DNA of 61,911 nucleotides from Faecousia sp. (lineage in GTDB: Bacteria > Bacillota > Clostridia > Oscillospirales > Oscillospiraceae), in the NCBI GenBank assembly GCA_045585915.1, contig JAZMZJ010000086.1, positions 1 through 61,911 on the forward strand, in the 5' to 3' direction. The notes beneath the pieces were generated by a model, which ran no database searches, was not told where the DNA came from, and worked only from the letters and a program-made list of their open reading frames with translations. This document shows positions 38,633-48,179 of this stretch, piece after piece. A program made the position numbers and the translations under genes. Positions within the stretch are counted from its first letter, which is position 1. Each line of letters opens with the position of its first letter.

Positions 38633-39270
38633 AAATTCTTTGTGTAGCAGATGAGGAATGCAAGGCACTTTATGACTATTATGTGCCCGGCAAGCTGAAG
38701 GACTATGATTTGATTTTATCCTGCGGTGACCTTCGGGCAGATTACCTGAGCTTTTTGGTAACTATGGGCCGCGCCCCGGTTTATTATGTCCACGGTAACC
38801 ACGATACCGGCTATGACAAACGGCCTCCTGAGGGCTGTGACTGTATCGACGATAAGCTGGTGGTATATAACGGCCTGCGGATTTTGGGTCTGGGTGGCTG
38901 CCGCTGGTATCACCCGGGCAAGCACCAGTATACCGAGCAGCAGATGCGCAGACGCATTCGTAAGCTGTGGTGGCGGATAAAGCGCTTAGGCGGCGTGGAT
39001 ATTGTGGTTGCCCACGCCCCGGCAGAGGGCCTTGGGGATATGCCTGACCCTGCCCATAGGGGTTTTGCCGCTTTCTTGGAGCTGATGGATAAGTATAAGC
39101 CTATGTATTTGCTTCACGGGCATGTACATAAGAGCTACGGTACCCAAGCCCCCCAGGAGCATACTTACGGGCAGACCCGGGTCATCAATGTGGGAGAACG
39201 GTTTGAACTGGAATTTCCCGATGAGCTGTTGCCCCGTACCTTGAAGAAGGGAGATAAACTGGATGTTTGA
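38629..39270 (+). CDS. calcineurin-like metallophosphoesterase
   Basis: VADEE, CGDL, HGNHD, HAP, HGHVH. Confidence 0.92.
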   Translation: MKILCVADEECKALYDYYVPGKLKDYDLILSCGDLRADYLSFLVTMGRAPVYYVHGNHDTGYDKRPPEGCDCIDDKLVVYNGLRILGLGGCRWYHPGKHQYTEQQMRRRIRKLWWRIKRLGGVDIVVAHAPAEGLGDMPDPAHRGFAAFLELMDKYKPMYLLHGHVHKSYGTQAPQEHTYGQTRVINVGERFELEFPDELLPRTLKKGDKLDV

Positions 39271-39913
39271 AGGTTTCAGCCCGGAAACGGTGGATTTTCT
39301 GTGGGGTATCCGCCTGAACAATAACCGGGATTGGTTTTTGGCTCACAAAAATGACTATGTAAATACCCTTTATGAGCCTATGAAGGCCCTGGGCAAGGAC
39401 CTGTTTCTGCCTTTTTTGGATAAGCCCGGCAATTTGCTTAAGGTAAGCCGCATTTACCGGGATGCCCGGATGCACCATCCGCTGCCCTACAAGGAGAGCC
39501 TGTGGATTTGTATTCGCAAGGATGTGCAGTGGTGGGCGGAGAATCCTTGTTTGTATTTTGAAATCACCCCTGACGGCATCAGCTATGGACTTATTTGGTG
39601 GCAGCCTAAGGTGGAGGCGCTGAAGGCTATGCGCCGGGCTATCGCTGCACAGCCCCGAAAATTTTTGAATATGGTAAATAAGGCAGAAAAGGAAACCGGC
39701 ACGGTCATCACCGCCAATACCTACAAGCGCACGCCGGATAAGGCCCCCACCAAAGCTTTGGAGCGATTTTTTGCCTGGAAGGGCAATATTGCCTGTACGG
39801 TGGAGGAAGAATTTTCCAAGGCGACCTTTGGCCCGGACCTCGGGATAAGGGTAGGGGAATACCTGCAAAAGCTCGTCCCCATGTACGAATATTTGTGCCA
39901 ATTTGGCGAATAA
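39263..39913 (+). CDS. DUF2461 family protein
   Basis: NNNRDWFLAHK, SRIYRDAR...PYK. Confidence 0.85.
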   Translation: MFEGFSPETVDFLWGIRLNNNRDWFLAHKNDYVNTLYEPMKALGKDLFLPFLDKPGNLLKVSRIYRDARMHHPLPYKESLWICIRKDVQWWAENPCLYFEITPDGISYGLIWWQPKVEALKAMRRAIAAQPRKFLNMVNKAEKETGTVITANTYKRTPDKAPTKALERFFAWKGNIACTVEEEFSKATFGPDLGIRVGEYLQKLVPMYEYLCQFGE

Positions 39914-39933
39914 AAAATGATTGCATAGTTTAA

Positions 39934-39960
39934 GGGGCTGTTGCATTTTGCAACAGCCCC
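39934..39960 (+). terminator. hairpin / probable terminator
   Basis: GGGGCTGTTGCA-TTT-TGCAACAGCCCC; no clear T tract. Confidence 0.6.
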
Positions 39961-40257
39961 GCTGTTATAGAGCCCTTCGGGCTGTTATGAGCGCCTAAAG
40001 GCGCGTTATGATTGCTGCGCAAGTTATGACGCTGGGCGCCATATGTACAGGCAAAGAATTCGCAAAAATCTTTCTGCAAATAATGCAGGGGCTGATTTTA
40101 AGCGTTGTACACCGCATTTTGAATTCTCTGCCTGCTCGTATCTTTCCGGAGATACCCTTGACAAAGCGCCGGCGCTCCTGTCTGCCGTCGCAGTATGGAA
40201 TGCCTTGTCTTTGTCCAAGCATAGTATCTGCGCTCGCCGCCGGATTATGCAGGTTAA

Positions 40258-41055
40258 TTATTTTTCAATTTTTACCTGATTATAGCACAGAGAAATGTTT
40301 TCCCGTTCAAAAATGGTTTTGATGTTCTCTTTGGTTTGGCAGGTGGTTGCCCAGTAGTTGCCGCTTTCGCTCCATACCTGCAGCAGATATACTACTGCCC
40401 CTTGGGCATAGTCAGTAATCACCACGCTTGCTGGCATTTCTTTTAGGGCGGTGGGTACAGCTGCCGCTTCCGTCAAAGCATCCATTACTTGCTTTGCACA
40501 GTGGCAGGCTGCTACCTGCACCGTGATGTCCGTCCGCCGGGTGCCGGCTGCGGTGTAGTTTACGATTTCTGAAGCCACAACTTGGGAATTGGGGATGGAT
40601 ACGGTTTTGTTATCGGTGGTGGAGAGCTTGGTGTAGTTCATACCGATTGCCCCCACAGTGCCGGTCTGACCGCCCACCTCCACAAAGTCACCAATGGAAA
40701 AGGGCTTGGTGGTCAGCAGGGTAAAGCCGCCGATCACATTGGCAAGGGCATTTTGCAGGGAGAGAGAAACTGCCAAGGTCAGCACACTTGCCAAAGCCAC
40801 CACGCCGGTGATATCCAGGCCCAGAGCAGAGGCGCATATAAGGCCCAGTAAAATGTAAAGTACAACCCGAATCACCGAGCGAATAAGCCCCAGCACCGGA
40901 TTTTCCACAGGGGCTTTTTTTAGCGCTCTGCCGGTGATGGACATAATCAGCCGAATTATCAAGATGCCAATTACAAAAATAATTACTGCCGGAATCAGCT
41001 TGTCCAAAGCAAAGCCGCCTAAGGACTGCAAAAACTTTTCAATATATTCCCACAT
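40258..41055 (-). CDS. mscS: small-conductance mechanosensitive channel
   Basis: ALANVIGG...KPFSIGDFVEVGG..GTV, IPNS. Confidence 0.9.
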   Translation of the reverse strand: MWEYIEKFLQSLGGFALDKLIPAVIIFVIGILIIRLIMSITGRALKKAPVENPVLGLIRSVIRVVLYILLGLICASALGLDITGVVALASVLTLAVSLSLQNALANVIGGFTLLTTKPFSIGDFVEVGGQTGTVGAIGMNYTKLSTTDNKTVSIPNSQVVASEIVNYTAAGTRRTDITVQVAACHCAKQVMDALTEAAAVPTALKEMPASVVITDYAQGAVVYLLQVWSESGNYWATTCQTKENIKTIFERENISLCYNQVKIEK

Positions 41056-41189
41056 AGTTATTTCTCCTTTTTACACGATGCCAATATTATACCCGCATTT
41101 TGTCAAAAGGGCAAGGCACGAAATCACTGCGGATAATGGACGGTTGTCAATTATTCATTGTTAATTATGAATTTGTTTGCAAAGCAAAC

Positions 41190-41277
41190 GGAAAACCCGG
41201 TGTTGTTGACCAGACAACACCGGGCTTCCATACAAGAAAAGATAAGAAAATGAAAAAGGAGATTATGTTTAACCGCA
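41190..41277 (-). ncRNA. candidate small RNA with anti-Shine-Dalgarno tract
   Basis: Promoter TTGTAT-17-TATAAT (41283-41311, minus); body AAUCUCCUUUUUCAUUUUCUUAUCUUUUC; terminator CCCGGUGUUGU/ACAACACCGGG + UUUU. Confidence 0.55.
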
Positions 41278-41477
41278 TCTTTATTATAATATGGATATAT
41301 TCAAAATACAAGGATTCAATTGTCAAAAAGAAATTAAGGGTGTAGAAAATAAACCGTTAAATTTGTGCAAAATGACGGAGAAACGCTGCGAAAATCCCTG
41401 GGATTAAGTTTTCCCTTTCCAAATGGTATTAAGTATGCTATAATTATATAAATGCTTGCTCTTAAAAGGAGATATTT

Positions 41478-42368
41478 ATGAAAAAATGGATTGTGTGGGT
41501 TGCCGCCGGCCTGGCTCTTTGTCTGCTGGTTGTGGGAACCTTTGTGATTATAGAGCTGACGAAAAATCCCAATGTGGGTCTTTGTCTGGCAGATTCTTCT
41601 CAGGGCGAAGCCATAACCCAGGCGTTGGAGGAAGCGAAGCTTGTTGTACATTCGGGTGAGGTTACCATGGAGCAGGTACAGCTTTTGAGCGAAAGCAGCG
41701 CTGTGATTTTTGCCCAGCTTTCTGCTCCCGACCAGGCAGCTGCCCTGGAGCAGAAGGCAGGGAATGTGCCTGTGGTGTTTTTGGGCTGCCGTCCTGAGGA
41801 TGAGACGATGCCTTATATCGGTGGTGACAGCGCTCAGGCAGGTCAGGTGCTGGGTCAGCTGCTGCTGGCGCAGCCCAACCGGGGCGACTGGAATGAGGAC
41901 GGTTTGGTAACCTGCCTGCTGGTAGGTGCGGAAATTGGCCGCAGCGATATGGCTCAGTGGGCAGCAGCCATTACCGGGGAATTGGGTAGCGCTGGGCTGG
42001 AAGCAGATTTTGTGCAGATTCCCGGCCTTGCCTTTGCCCGGCAGACTGGCAAGGAAGTTTGCAGCCAGGCTTTGGCTTCCTATGGCAAGGACCTGGAGGC
42101 GGTGCTTGTGTGCACTGATGGCGCCTTGTATGGCGCTTTGGAAGCCCTTGAGGAAGGTGGCCGCATTCCCGGACGGAATGTGACGCTGTTAGGCGCCGGT
42201 CATAGCAGCCAGGTGGCGGATATGGTTCAGGAAGGCACTATAAGCGGCTATGCCTACATAGAGGAAGCCAGCTTCTGCCAGGCTGTGGTGGATGCGGCGC
42301 TCCTGGCCCAAAGGGGCAAAACACCGGAGACTGTGATTTTGGAATATACACAGGTCCTGGCCCAATAA
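41478..42368 (+). CDS. membrane-anchored sugar-binding protein (RbsB/MglB-like)
   Basis: N-terminal TM; YIGGDSAQAGQVLG; DWNEDG Ca-type loop; DGALYGALEAL. Confidence 0.7.
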   Translation: MKKWIVWVAAGLALCLLVVGTFVIIELTKNPNVGLCLADSSQGEAITQALEEAKLVVHSGEVTMEQVQLLSESSAVIFAQLSAPDQAAALEQKAGNVPVVFLGCRPEDETMPYIGGDSAQAGQVLGQLLLAQPNRGDWNEDGLVTCLLVGAEIGRSDMAQWAAAITGELGSAGLEADFVQIPGLAFARQTGKEVCSQALASYGKDLEAVLVCTDGALYGALEALEEGGRIPGRNVTLLGAGHSSQVADMVQEGTISGYAYIEEASFCQAVVDAALLAQRGKTPETVILEYTQVLAQ

Positions 42369-42411
42369 GCTACGCCTTTTAGACATTAGAAAACCGAAAG
42401 GAGAGGCAAAA

Positions 42412-43557
42412 ATGCGTATTTTACTCCTGTCAACCAATACGGGCGAAGGCCACAATTCAACAGCCAAGGCCGTTATGGGCGTACTGGAAAGCCGGGGCGT
42501 GGATTGCGCCATGGCAGATGCGCTGGCTTTTTTGTCCCCGGGCTTTTCAAAATTCATTTGCGATTGGCATGTGCGTCTTTACCGCCATGGCCGCAAGCTT
42601 TTTGACTGGGGCTACCGCTTTGCCGAAAGCACTGCAAATCCTGATGAATTTAACCCCATTTATGAGCTGCTTGCCCTGGGCGCGGCAAAGATGAAGGATT
42701 GGATTTTGGAGGAGGGCTTTGACGCCATTTTATGTACCCATGCCTTTGCCGGCGTTATGGTTACCGAGATTCGCCGCAAGTGGAATGTTGCCATTCCCAG
42801 CTATTTTGTATCCACCGACTATACCTGTCACCCCACTGTTGAGCAGTGTGACCTGGATGGCTATTTTATCTCTGCCCAGGGCCAACTGGGTGAGTTTGTC
42901 TATGCAGGCATCCCCAAAAATAAGATTATTGTCAGCGGCATTCCGGTGCGGCAGGACTTTTATCACAAGGGGGATAAGACCGCTGCCCGACAGGCGCTGG
43001 AGCTGCCCTTGGAAGACACGGTTATTTTGCTGATGTGCGGTTCTATGGGCTGCGGCCCCATTCCTGCGCTGACCCGAAATCTTATGGAAAGAATTCCGGA
43101 AAATACCCGGGTGGTGGCGGTGTGCGGCAATAACGAGGCCCTGTTCCGTCAGGTTTCTGCAATTGAGGACGGCCGGCTGCGTGTCCTTGGTTTTACCGAC
43201 CGGATTGCGGAGTATATGGACGCTGCGGATTTGATTATCACAAAGCCCGGCGGCCTGAGTTCTACAGAGGCTGCCAATAAGGGCCTGCCGATGGTGTTCG
43301 TGAACTTCGTAGGCGGCTGCGAGAGCCGTAACTTTAATTTCTTCCTGGAAAAGGGCTACGCATTAGGCAGCACTGAGGTGAAGGAAGCTGCGGATATGGC
43401 AGCCGGGCTGGCAGCAGATGGCCACCACCGGCAGACGATTTGCCAAGCCCTGGAAGCAGATTTTACAGTGAACAGCGGTACATTTATTGCGGATATTCTG
43501 ATGGATGTGGCAGAAAAATACTGCAGTCAAAAAAGACAAGCAGCAGGCGTTTTGTAA
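42412..43557 (+). CDS. MGDG synthase-like (UgtP-type, GT28) glycosyltransferase
   Basis: TGEGHNS, STDY, SGIPVR, ITKPGGLSSTEA. Confidence 0.9.
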   Translation: MRILLLSTNTGEGHNSTAKAVMGVLESRGVDCAMADALAFLSPGFSKFICDWHVRLYRHGRKLFDWGYRFAESTANPDEFNPIYELLALGAAKMKDWILEEGFDAILCTHAFAGVMVTEIRRKWNVAIPSYFVSTDYTCHPTVEQCDLDGYFISAQGQLGEFVYAGIPKNKIIVSGIPVRQDFYHKGDKTAARQALELPLEDTVILLMCGSMGCGPIPALTRNLMERIPENTRVVAVCGNNEALFRQVSAIEDGRLRVLGFTDRIAEYMDAADLIITKPGGLSSTEAANKGLPMVFVNFVGGCESRNFNFFLEKGYALGSTEVKEAADMAAGLAADGHHRQTICQALEADFTVNSGTFIADILMDVAEKYCSQKRQAAGVL

Positions 43558-43645
43558 CGCCTGCTGCTTAATGCTTAATGCCTAATTGCGGATATTCAGT
43601 GTAAGTTAGCCAGCTAACATACACGAATCACTTATCACTTTCCAC

Positions 43646-44032
43646 TTACTCATCGCTTGGGTATTGCTCCAGCAGATCCCACAGGGTTTGCTCCCCATCC
43701 TGAGCAATAGCCATAAAGGGGGCGCTGTCCCGGCTTAAATAGAATTGCCCTTTTTGCACATAGCTGCGGCCACCGCCGGTGTGATAGGTCAGCTCAATGG
43801 TAACGCCTTGGGTGTTCACTCGTTCTGGGTTCAGCAGCACAGGGTCCTGAAGAGGCAAAAACCGCAGATAGTCCAGCACCGCGGCAATCTTCTTACTGTC
43901 GGTGTATTCCCGGTACAGGGTGTCTGACCGGATGCAAACCCTGGTGACCAGCCGGCTGGCTGCCTGCTCCGGCACCGGTGCCTTGCACCCGGCTAAAAGC
44001 AGTATCAATAAAATAATCCATAATTTTTTCAT
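43646..44032 (-). CDS. hypothetical lipoprotein
   Basis: MKKLWIILLILLLAGC lipobox. Confidence 0.75.
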   Translation of the reverse strand: MKKLWIILLILLLAGCKAPVPEQAASRLVTRVCIRSDTLYREYTDSKKIAAVLDYLRFLPLQDPVLLNPERVNTQGVTIELTYHTGGGRSYVQKGQFYLSRDSAPFMAIAQDGEQTLWDLLEQYPSDE

Positions 44033-44083
44033 AGTAACGTTATTGTTCCACAAAAGTTATGAATTATAAAAAAGAAATAAAAT

Positions 44084-44128
44084 ACGAACAGAAAAAGCAG
44101 GGGCTTCCCTGCTTTTTCTGTTCGTTTT
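44084..44128 (-). terminator. intrinsic terminator
   Basis: ACGAACAGAAAAAGCAGGG-GCTT-CCCTGCTTTTTCTGTTCGT. Confidence 0.85.
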
Positions 44129-44134
44129 GTGGTT

Positions 44135-46024
44135 TTAGATTTGTATGGTTTTCAACTCGAGGGAGTCAAGGGTGACAACCTGCTCTTTTCCATTGTGGAT
44201 CACTTTAACAGCGATCGGCATATCGTAATCGGTGTTCAGCAGGTACATCTTGCCGTTTTCATATACGGTATAGCGCAACCGGTCGCATGCGCAAACGGTC
44301 AAATCGCAGTTGCGGGCGCTTGCGGTTACAAACTCACGAACCATGGCGCGGTAAAGGGGGTAGAGGGCCGGGTTACCGGGGTAGTTAATGCTGGTAACAA
44401 GGGTTGCGCAACCCTTTCCAATACGGTGCTCAAGAACACTGTTAATATCCGTTCTGTCGTCCCAGAAGCAATCGGATATAAAGCCCAGGGTCTCAGCGCC
44501 GCAAAGCTCAGTCTTTGCATATTCTACATAGCCTGCGCTGTACAGCGGGTCGCAGATGAAGCTGTAGGAGCCGGGGTAAAGCATACCCTCGTTTTGGGAG
44601 TTGAACATAAATTTCGTTCCGAAGTTGGTCCGCTCTGTTTCGCCGGTCAGACGGCAGCCGAAAAGCTTTTCGATTTTTTCCTGGGAAACAGGGATAAATT
44701 TTCCGTCTCTTGCGGTGTTTGTGTTAAGGTGTGCCGCACCCATAAGGAGCTTGCCGCCGTTTTCCACATAGTTATAAAGCTTATCCATATCCTCATCTGT
44801 CATGGAATTCCAGCCAATGAAGATGAGGTATTTATATTTTGCAAGGACCTCCAGGGGCGCTTCAATGGGAATGATGTCATAGGTTCCGTATGCAGGGTAA
44901 GCCGAGGCGTCATAATCGCCAAAGTTTGCGCCGTCTGTCCATTGCCTCTTAGCACCCAGCTCGTCGAGAATCCGCCAGGAATATTCGGGGTCGTTTTGTC
45001 CCCACTGTTCTCTGTGGAACTGATTCCACACAGAGCTCTGGCAAAATCCGGTCCAGGCCTCATGTCTGCCCCAGACAAAGGCAACCTCGCACTTGGGGCC
45101 ACCCTTGGGACGGGAATCCTGCTTTATGTATTTTGCGGTGTTTTCAATTGCTGTGCGGTATTCTTTTATCAGCACGGAGTCCTCTCCGTAACTATGGCCA
45201 TAGGAGCTGATAGCTTCATCGCCGCTTTCGAACATAATGGTGCCTGCGCCTTGCATATAAACATATTTCCACGCAAGCTCAAGGCGTTTTCTTTTCAGGA
45301 TATCCTCGTGACGGAAGCCACCGTACCATTCGTGGGCAATCAGGGTGCCCCACATATCGGCACCGTAAGCTCGGGCTGCGCCGCGTATAGACGGCAGCAT
45401 AATATCGGGGCTGCCGTTCATAACCTCAAGGATCGGAATGTTCGCGCCTGCCTCAAGGTTATATTTTGCAAGGGCAGTTGCCTCAATGCTCAGAACGTTG
45501 GGCATACCAAGCTTCTTGTTCACTGCGGCATAGCCGCCGATTGTTTTCAGATAGTGGGCATGGCCCTCAGCCATGGTTTCAAAGCCATCGGTCTGATCAC
45601 AGCCGTCTCTGGGGTGCCGCGGTGTGTTGCGGAAATATCCGGGGGCTTTTGCGGCGTATGTTGTGCCCGGCTCGCTGATTGCATCTCCAAGGAAGTATTC
45701 ACCGGCCACCTCACGCATCTTGGCAACGGTTTCGGGGGTGAATTGTGATTCCTGCCCTTTTGGCGGATGCTGTACGGTGTATCCAAAATGAAAATATATT
45801 TTATTCTCAGCAAGAAATCTTGCCCAGTTTATAAAATTCTCCTGAGGATAGGCAGTGTTGAATTTCGGCCTTATATATACAAGGTTGCAACCACGGGAAA
45901 GAACACGCTCTTTGATTTCGGCAGTGATTGCCTCCGGCTCAAAGGAATGCTCGCCGATTTTGACACCGCACAGCACATTGTCGCGTTCTTCGGTTACAAT
46001 GCTCCGGTTGTTTTCTGTTGACAT
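44135..46024 (-). CDS. hypothetical protein, possibly glycoside hydrolase-like
   Basis: 629 aa, AGAGGAG RBS; LYNYVENGGKLLM and HRIGKGCATL resemble the GH42 trimerisation (glutamine-amidotransferase-like) domain. Confidence 0.6.
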   Translation of the reverse strand: MSTENNRSIVTEERDNVLCGVKIGEHSFEPEAITAEIKERVLSRGCNLVYIRPKFNTAYPQENFINWARFLAENKIYFHFGYTVQHPPKGQESQFTPETVAKMREVAGEYFLGDAISEPGTTYAAKAPGYFRNTPRHPRDGCDQTDGFETMAEGHAHYLKTIGGYAAVNKKLGMPNVLSIEATALAKYNLEAGANIPILEVMNGSPDIMLPSIRGAARAYGADMWGTLIAHEWYGGFRHEDILKRKRLELAWKYVYMQGAGTIMFESGDEAISSYGHSYGEDSVLIKEYRTAIENTAKYIKQDSRPKGGPKCEVAFVWGRHEAWTGFCQSSVWNQFHREQWGQNDPEYSWRILDELGAKRQWTDGANFGDYDASAYPAYGTYDIIPIEAPLEVLAKYKYLIFIGWNSMTDEDMDKLYNYVENGGKLLMGAAHLNTNTARDGKFIPVSQEKIEKLFGCRLTGETERTNFGTKFMFNSQNEGMLYPGSYSFICDPLYSAGYVEYAKTELCGAETLGFISDCFWDDRTDINSVLEHRIGKGCATLVTSINYPGNPALYPLYRAMVREFVTASARNCDLTVCACDRLRYTVYENGKMYLLNTDYDMPIAVKVIHNGKEQVVTLDSLELKTIQI

Positions 46025-46051
46025 AATAGGATACTCCTCTTTTATTGTTTA

Positions 46052-47443
46052 TTAAAGTTCGCAGTTGCCGACGGTTCTGGGGAAGGGCAATACATCCCGG
46101 ATATTGCCCATGCCGGTCAGGTACATAACACAGCGCTCAAAGCCCAGGCCAAAGCCTGCGTGGCGCGCAGAACCATATTTGCGCAGGTCCATATAGAAGC
46201 CGTAATCCTCGGGATTCATACCCAGCTCTTCAATGCGGTTTTTCAGGATTTCGTAGTTATCCTCACGCTGAGAGCCGCCGATAATTTCGCCGATGCCGGG
46301 AACTAAGCAGTCCATAGCAGCCACGGTTTTGCCATCGGGGTTAAGCTTCATATAGAAGGCCTTAATATCCTTAGGATAGTCGGTGACGAATACGGGCTTG
46401 TTGAACACTGTTTCGGTCAGATAGCGCTCATGCTCGGTTTGCAGATCGCTGCCCCAATGGACAGGGTACTCAAACTGATCGTTGTGCTTTTCCAGCAGAG
46501 CAATGGCGTCGGTGTAGGTGATGTGGCCGAAGTCGTTATTCAGCACATTGTTCAGCCGATCCAATAGTCCTGTGTCCACAAACTGGTTGAAGAAGGCCAT
46601 TTCCTCGGGGGCGTTTTCCAGCACATAGGAGATGATATATTTGATCATATCTTCAGCCAGGCGCATATCGTCAGAAAGGTCTGCAAAGGCAATTTCCGGC
46701 TCGATCATCCAAAATTCTGCGGCGTGGCGGGTGGTGTTGGAGTTTTCTGCCCGGAAGGTGGGTCCAAAGGTGTAGATGTTCTTGAAGGCCATGGCAAAAG
46801 TCTCACCGTTGAGCTGACCGGAAACGGTCAGGTTGGTGGGCTTGCCATAGAAATCCTGGGCAAAATCCACGCGGCCATCTTCAGTCATAGGCACATTGGC
46901 AAGGTCCAATGTGGTGACCTGGAACATTTCGCCTGCACCCTCACAGTCGGAGCCGGTGATAAGCGGCGTGTGCACATATACAAACTCCCGTTCACGGAAG
47001 AACTGGTGAATGGCAAAGGCAATCAGGCTGCGCACACGAAACACTGCCTGGAATGTATTGGTCCGGGGACGCAGGTGGGTCAGGGTACGCAAAAATTCCA
47101 GAGAGTGCCGCTTTTTCTGCAGGGGATACTCACCGGTGGAAGCGCCTTCCACGGTAACCGCAGTAGCCTGAATCTCAAAGGGCTGTTTGGCATCGGGAGT
47201 GGCAACCAAGGTGCCGGTAACAATGAGGGCGGCACCCACGTTGGTTTTGGAAATCTCCTGGAAATTATCCATATTGTCGTGATAAACCACCTGCACCGGG
47301 GTAAAATAGGTGCCGTCATTTAAGACGATGAAGCCAAATTGCTTGCTTGCACGGATGGAGCGCACCCAGCCGCCCAGGGTAACTTCCTTACCTATATAGG
47401 CATCGGTCTGCTTAAACAAATCGCGAACAGAAATCAAATCCAT
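46052..47443 (-). CDS. asnS: asparagine--tRNA ligase
   Basis: [36 protein letters not shown]. Confidence 0.98.
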   Translation of the reverse strand: MDLISVRDLFKQTDAYIGKEVTLGGWVRSIRASKQFGFIVLNDGTYFTPVQVVYHDNMDNFQEISKTNVGAALIVTGTLVATPDAKQPFEIQATAVTVEGASTGEYPLQKKRHSLEFLRTLTHLRPRTNTFQAVFRVRSLIAFAIHQFFREREFVYVHTPLITGSDCEGAGEMFQVTTLDLANVPMTEDGRVDFAQDFYGKPTNLTVSGQLNGETFAMAFKNIYTFGPTFRAENSNTTRHAAEFWMIEPEIAFADLSDDMRLAEDMIKYIISYVLENAPEEMAFFNQFVDTGLLDRLNNVLNNDFGHITYTDAIALLEKHNDQFEYPVHWGSDLQTEHERYLTETVFNKPVFVTDYPKDIKAFYMKLNPDGKTVAAMDCLVPGIGEIIGGSQREDNYEILKNRIEELGMNPEDYGFYMDLRKYGSARHAGFGLGFERCVMYLTGMGNIRDVLPFPRTVGNCEL

Positions 47444-47571
47444 AGTTTAGTCCTCTCTTGCTATTGACATAATATAAAAGTATACGCCAAAAGGAAGGAA
47501 TTTACAAGAGGGAAAGCATAAAAAACAGGGAAGCGTATTAAGGATATTTTTGAATAAAGGTCAAAAAGATG

Positions 47572-47600
47572 TTGCAAAACCCATTTTGCCGTGTTATAAT
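47572..47600 (+). promoter_or_regulatory. sigma-A promoter for tRNA-Gln/Lys
   Basis: TTGCAA-17 nt-TATAAT. Confidence 0.85.
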
Positions 47601-47633
47601 ACGGCGTGTGTCCGGGTCCGGGCAGCATTTCAT

Positions 47634-47708
47634 TGGGATGTCGCCAAGCGGTAAGGCACCAGACTTTGACTCTGGCATTCGTAGGTTCAAATCCTGCCAT
47701 CCCAGCCA
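47634..47708 (+). tRNA. tRNA-Gln (TTG)
   Basis: TGGGATGTCGCCAAGCGGTAAGGCACCAGACTTTGACTCTGG...GGTTCAAATCC...CCCAGCCA. Confidence 0.97.
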
Positions 47709-47747
47709 AAAGCTGAGGAGCAGACTGTTTGGCACAATTAAAAACAC

Positions 47748-47823
47748 GACCCGCTAACTCAGTTGGCAGAGCAATTGCCTTTTAAGCAATGGGTCTGGAG
47801 TTGGAATCTCCAGCGGGTCACCA
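47748..47823 (+). tRNA. tRNA-Lys (TTT), non-canonical, possibly a pseudogene
   Basis: Cloverleaf with CTTTTAA anticodon loop and CCA end, but T-loop TTGGAAT and A10-C25 mismatch. Confidence 0.8.
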
Positions 47824-47890
47824 AAAAAGCAGATACCCCATCGGGGTATCTGCTTTTTTCGTGCCCGCGGAGATTCGAAAGATTAAATGC

Positions 47891-48081
47891 AACGCGGATG
47901 AGCGTTGCCGCCGCCGGCTTTAGCGGCGGCGAACCTTAATTTTTGCCAACGGCAAAAATGCAAACGAATCGGAAGCGGGTCACAGCGACCGGAGGCCGCT
48001 CAAAAGCCCACAGTTTGCACTGGCTATCGTGGGTGCTTTTAACGCGGATGAGCGTTGCCGCCGCCGGCTTTAGCGGCGGCG
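47891..48081. repeat. 41-bp REP-like direct repeat (47891-47931 and 48041-48081)
   Basis: AACGCGGATGAGCGTTGCCGCCGCCGGCTTTAGCGGCGGCG twice, each with two small hairpins. Confidence 0.85.
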
Positions 48082-48179
48082 TTTTAAAAAATACAAACTT
48101 TACTTGCCAACAATGGATTTTCGTTATATAATGCCCTTTGGAACTGTTTAGCAGATGTTAAAAGCTATGTTTAAGGAGA

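Noticed and set aside
39961-40255. Intergenic stretch with several short ORFs and small hairpins
   Set aside because: No RBS-supported ORF, terminal repeats or second copy in the window; possibly a decayed repeat, but unsupported
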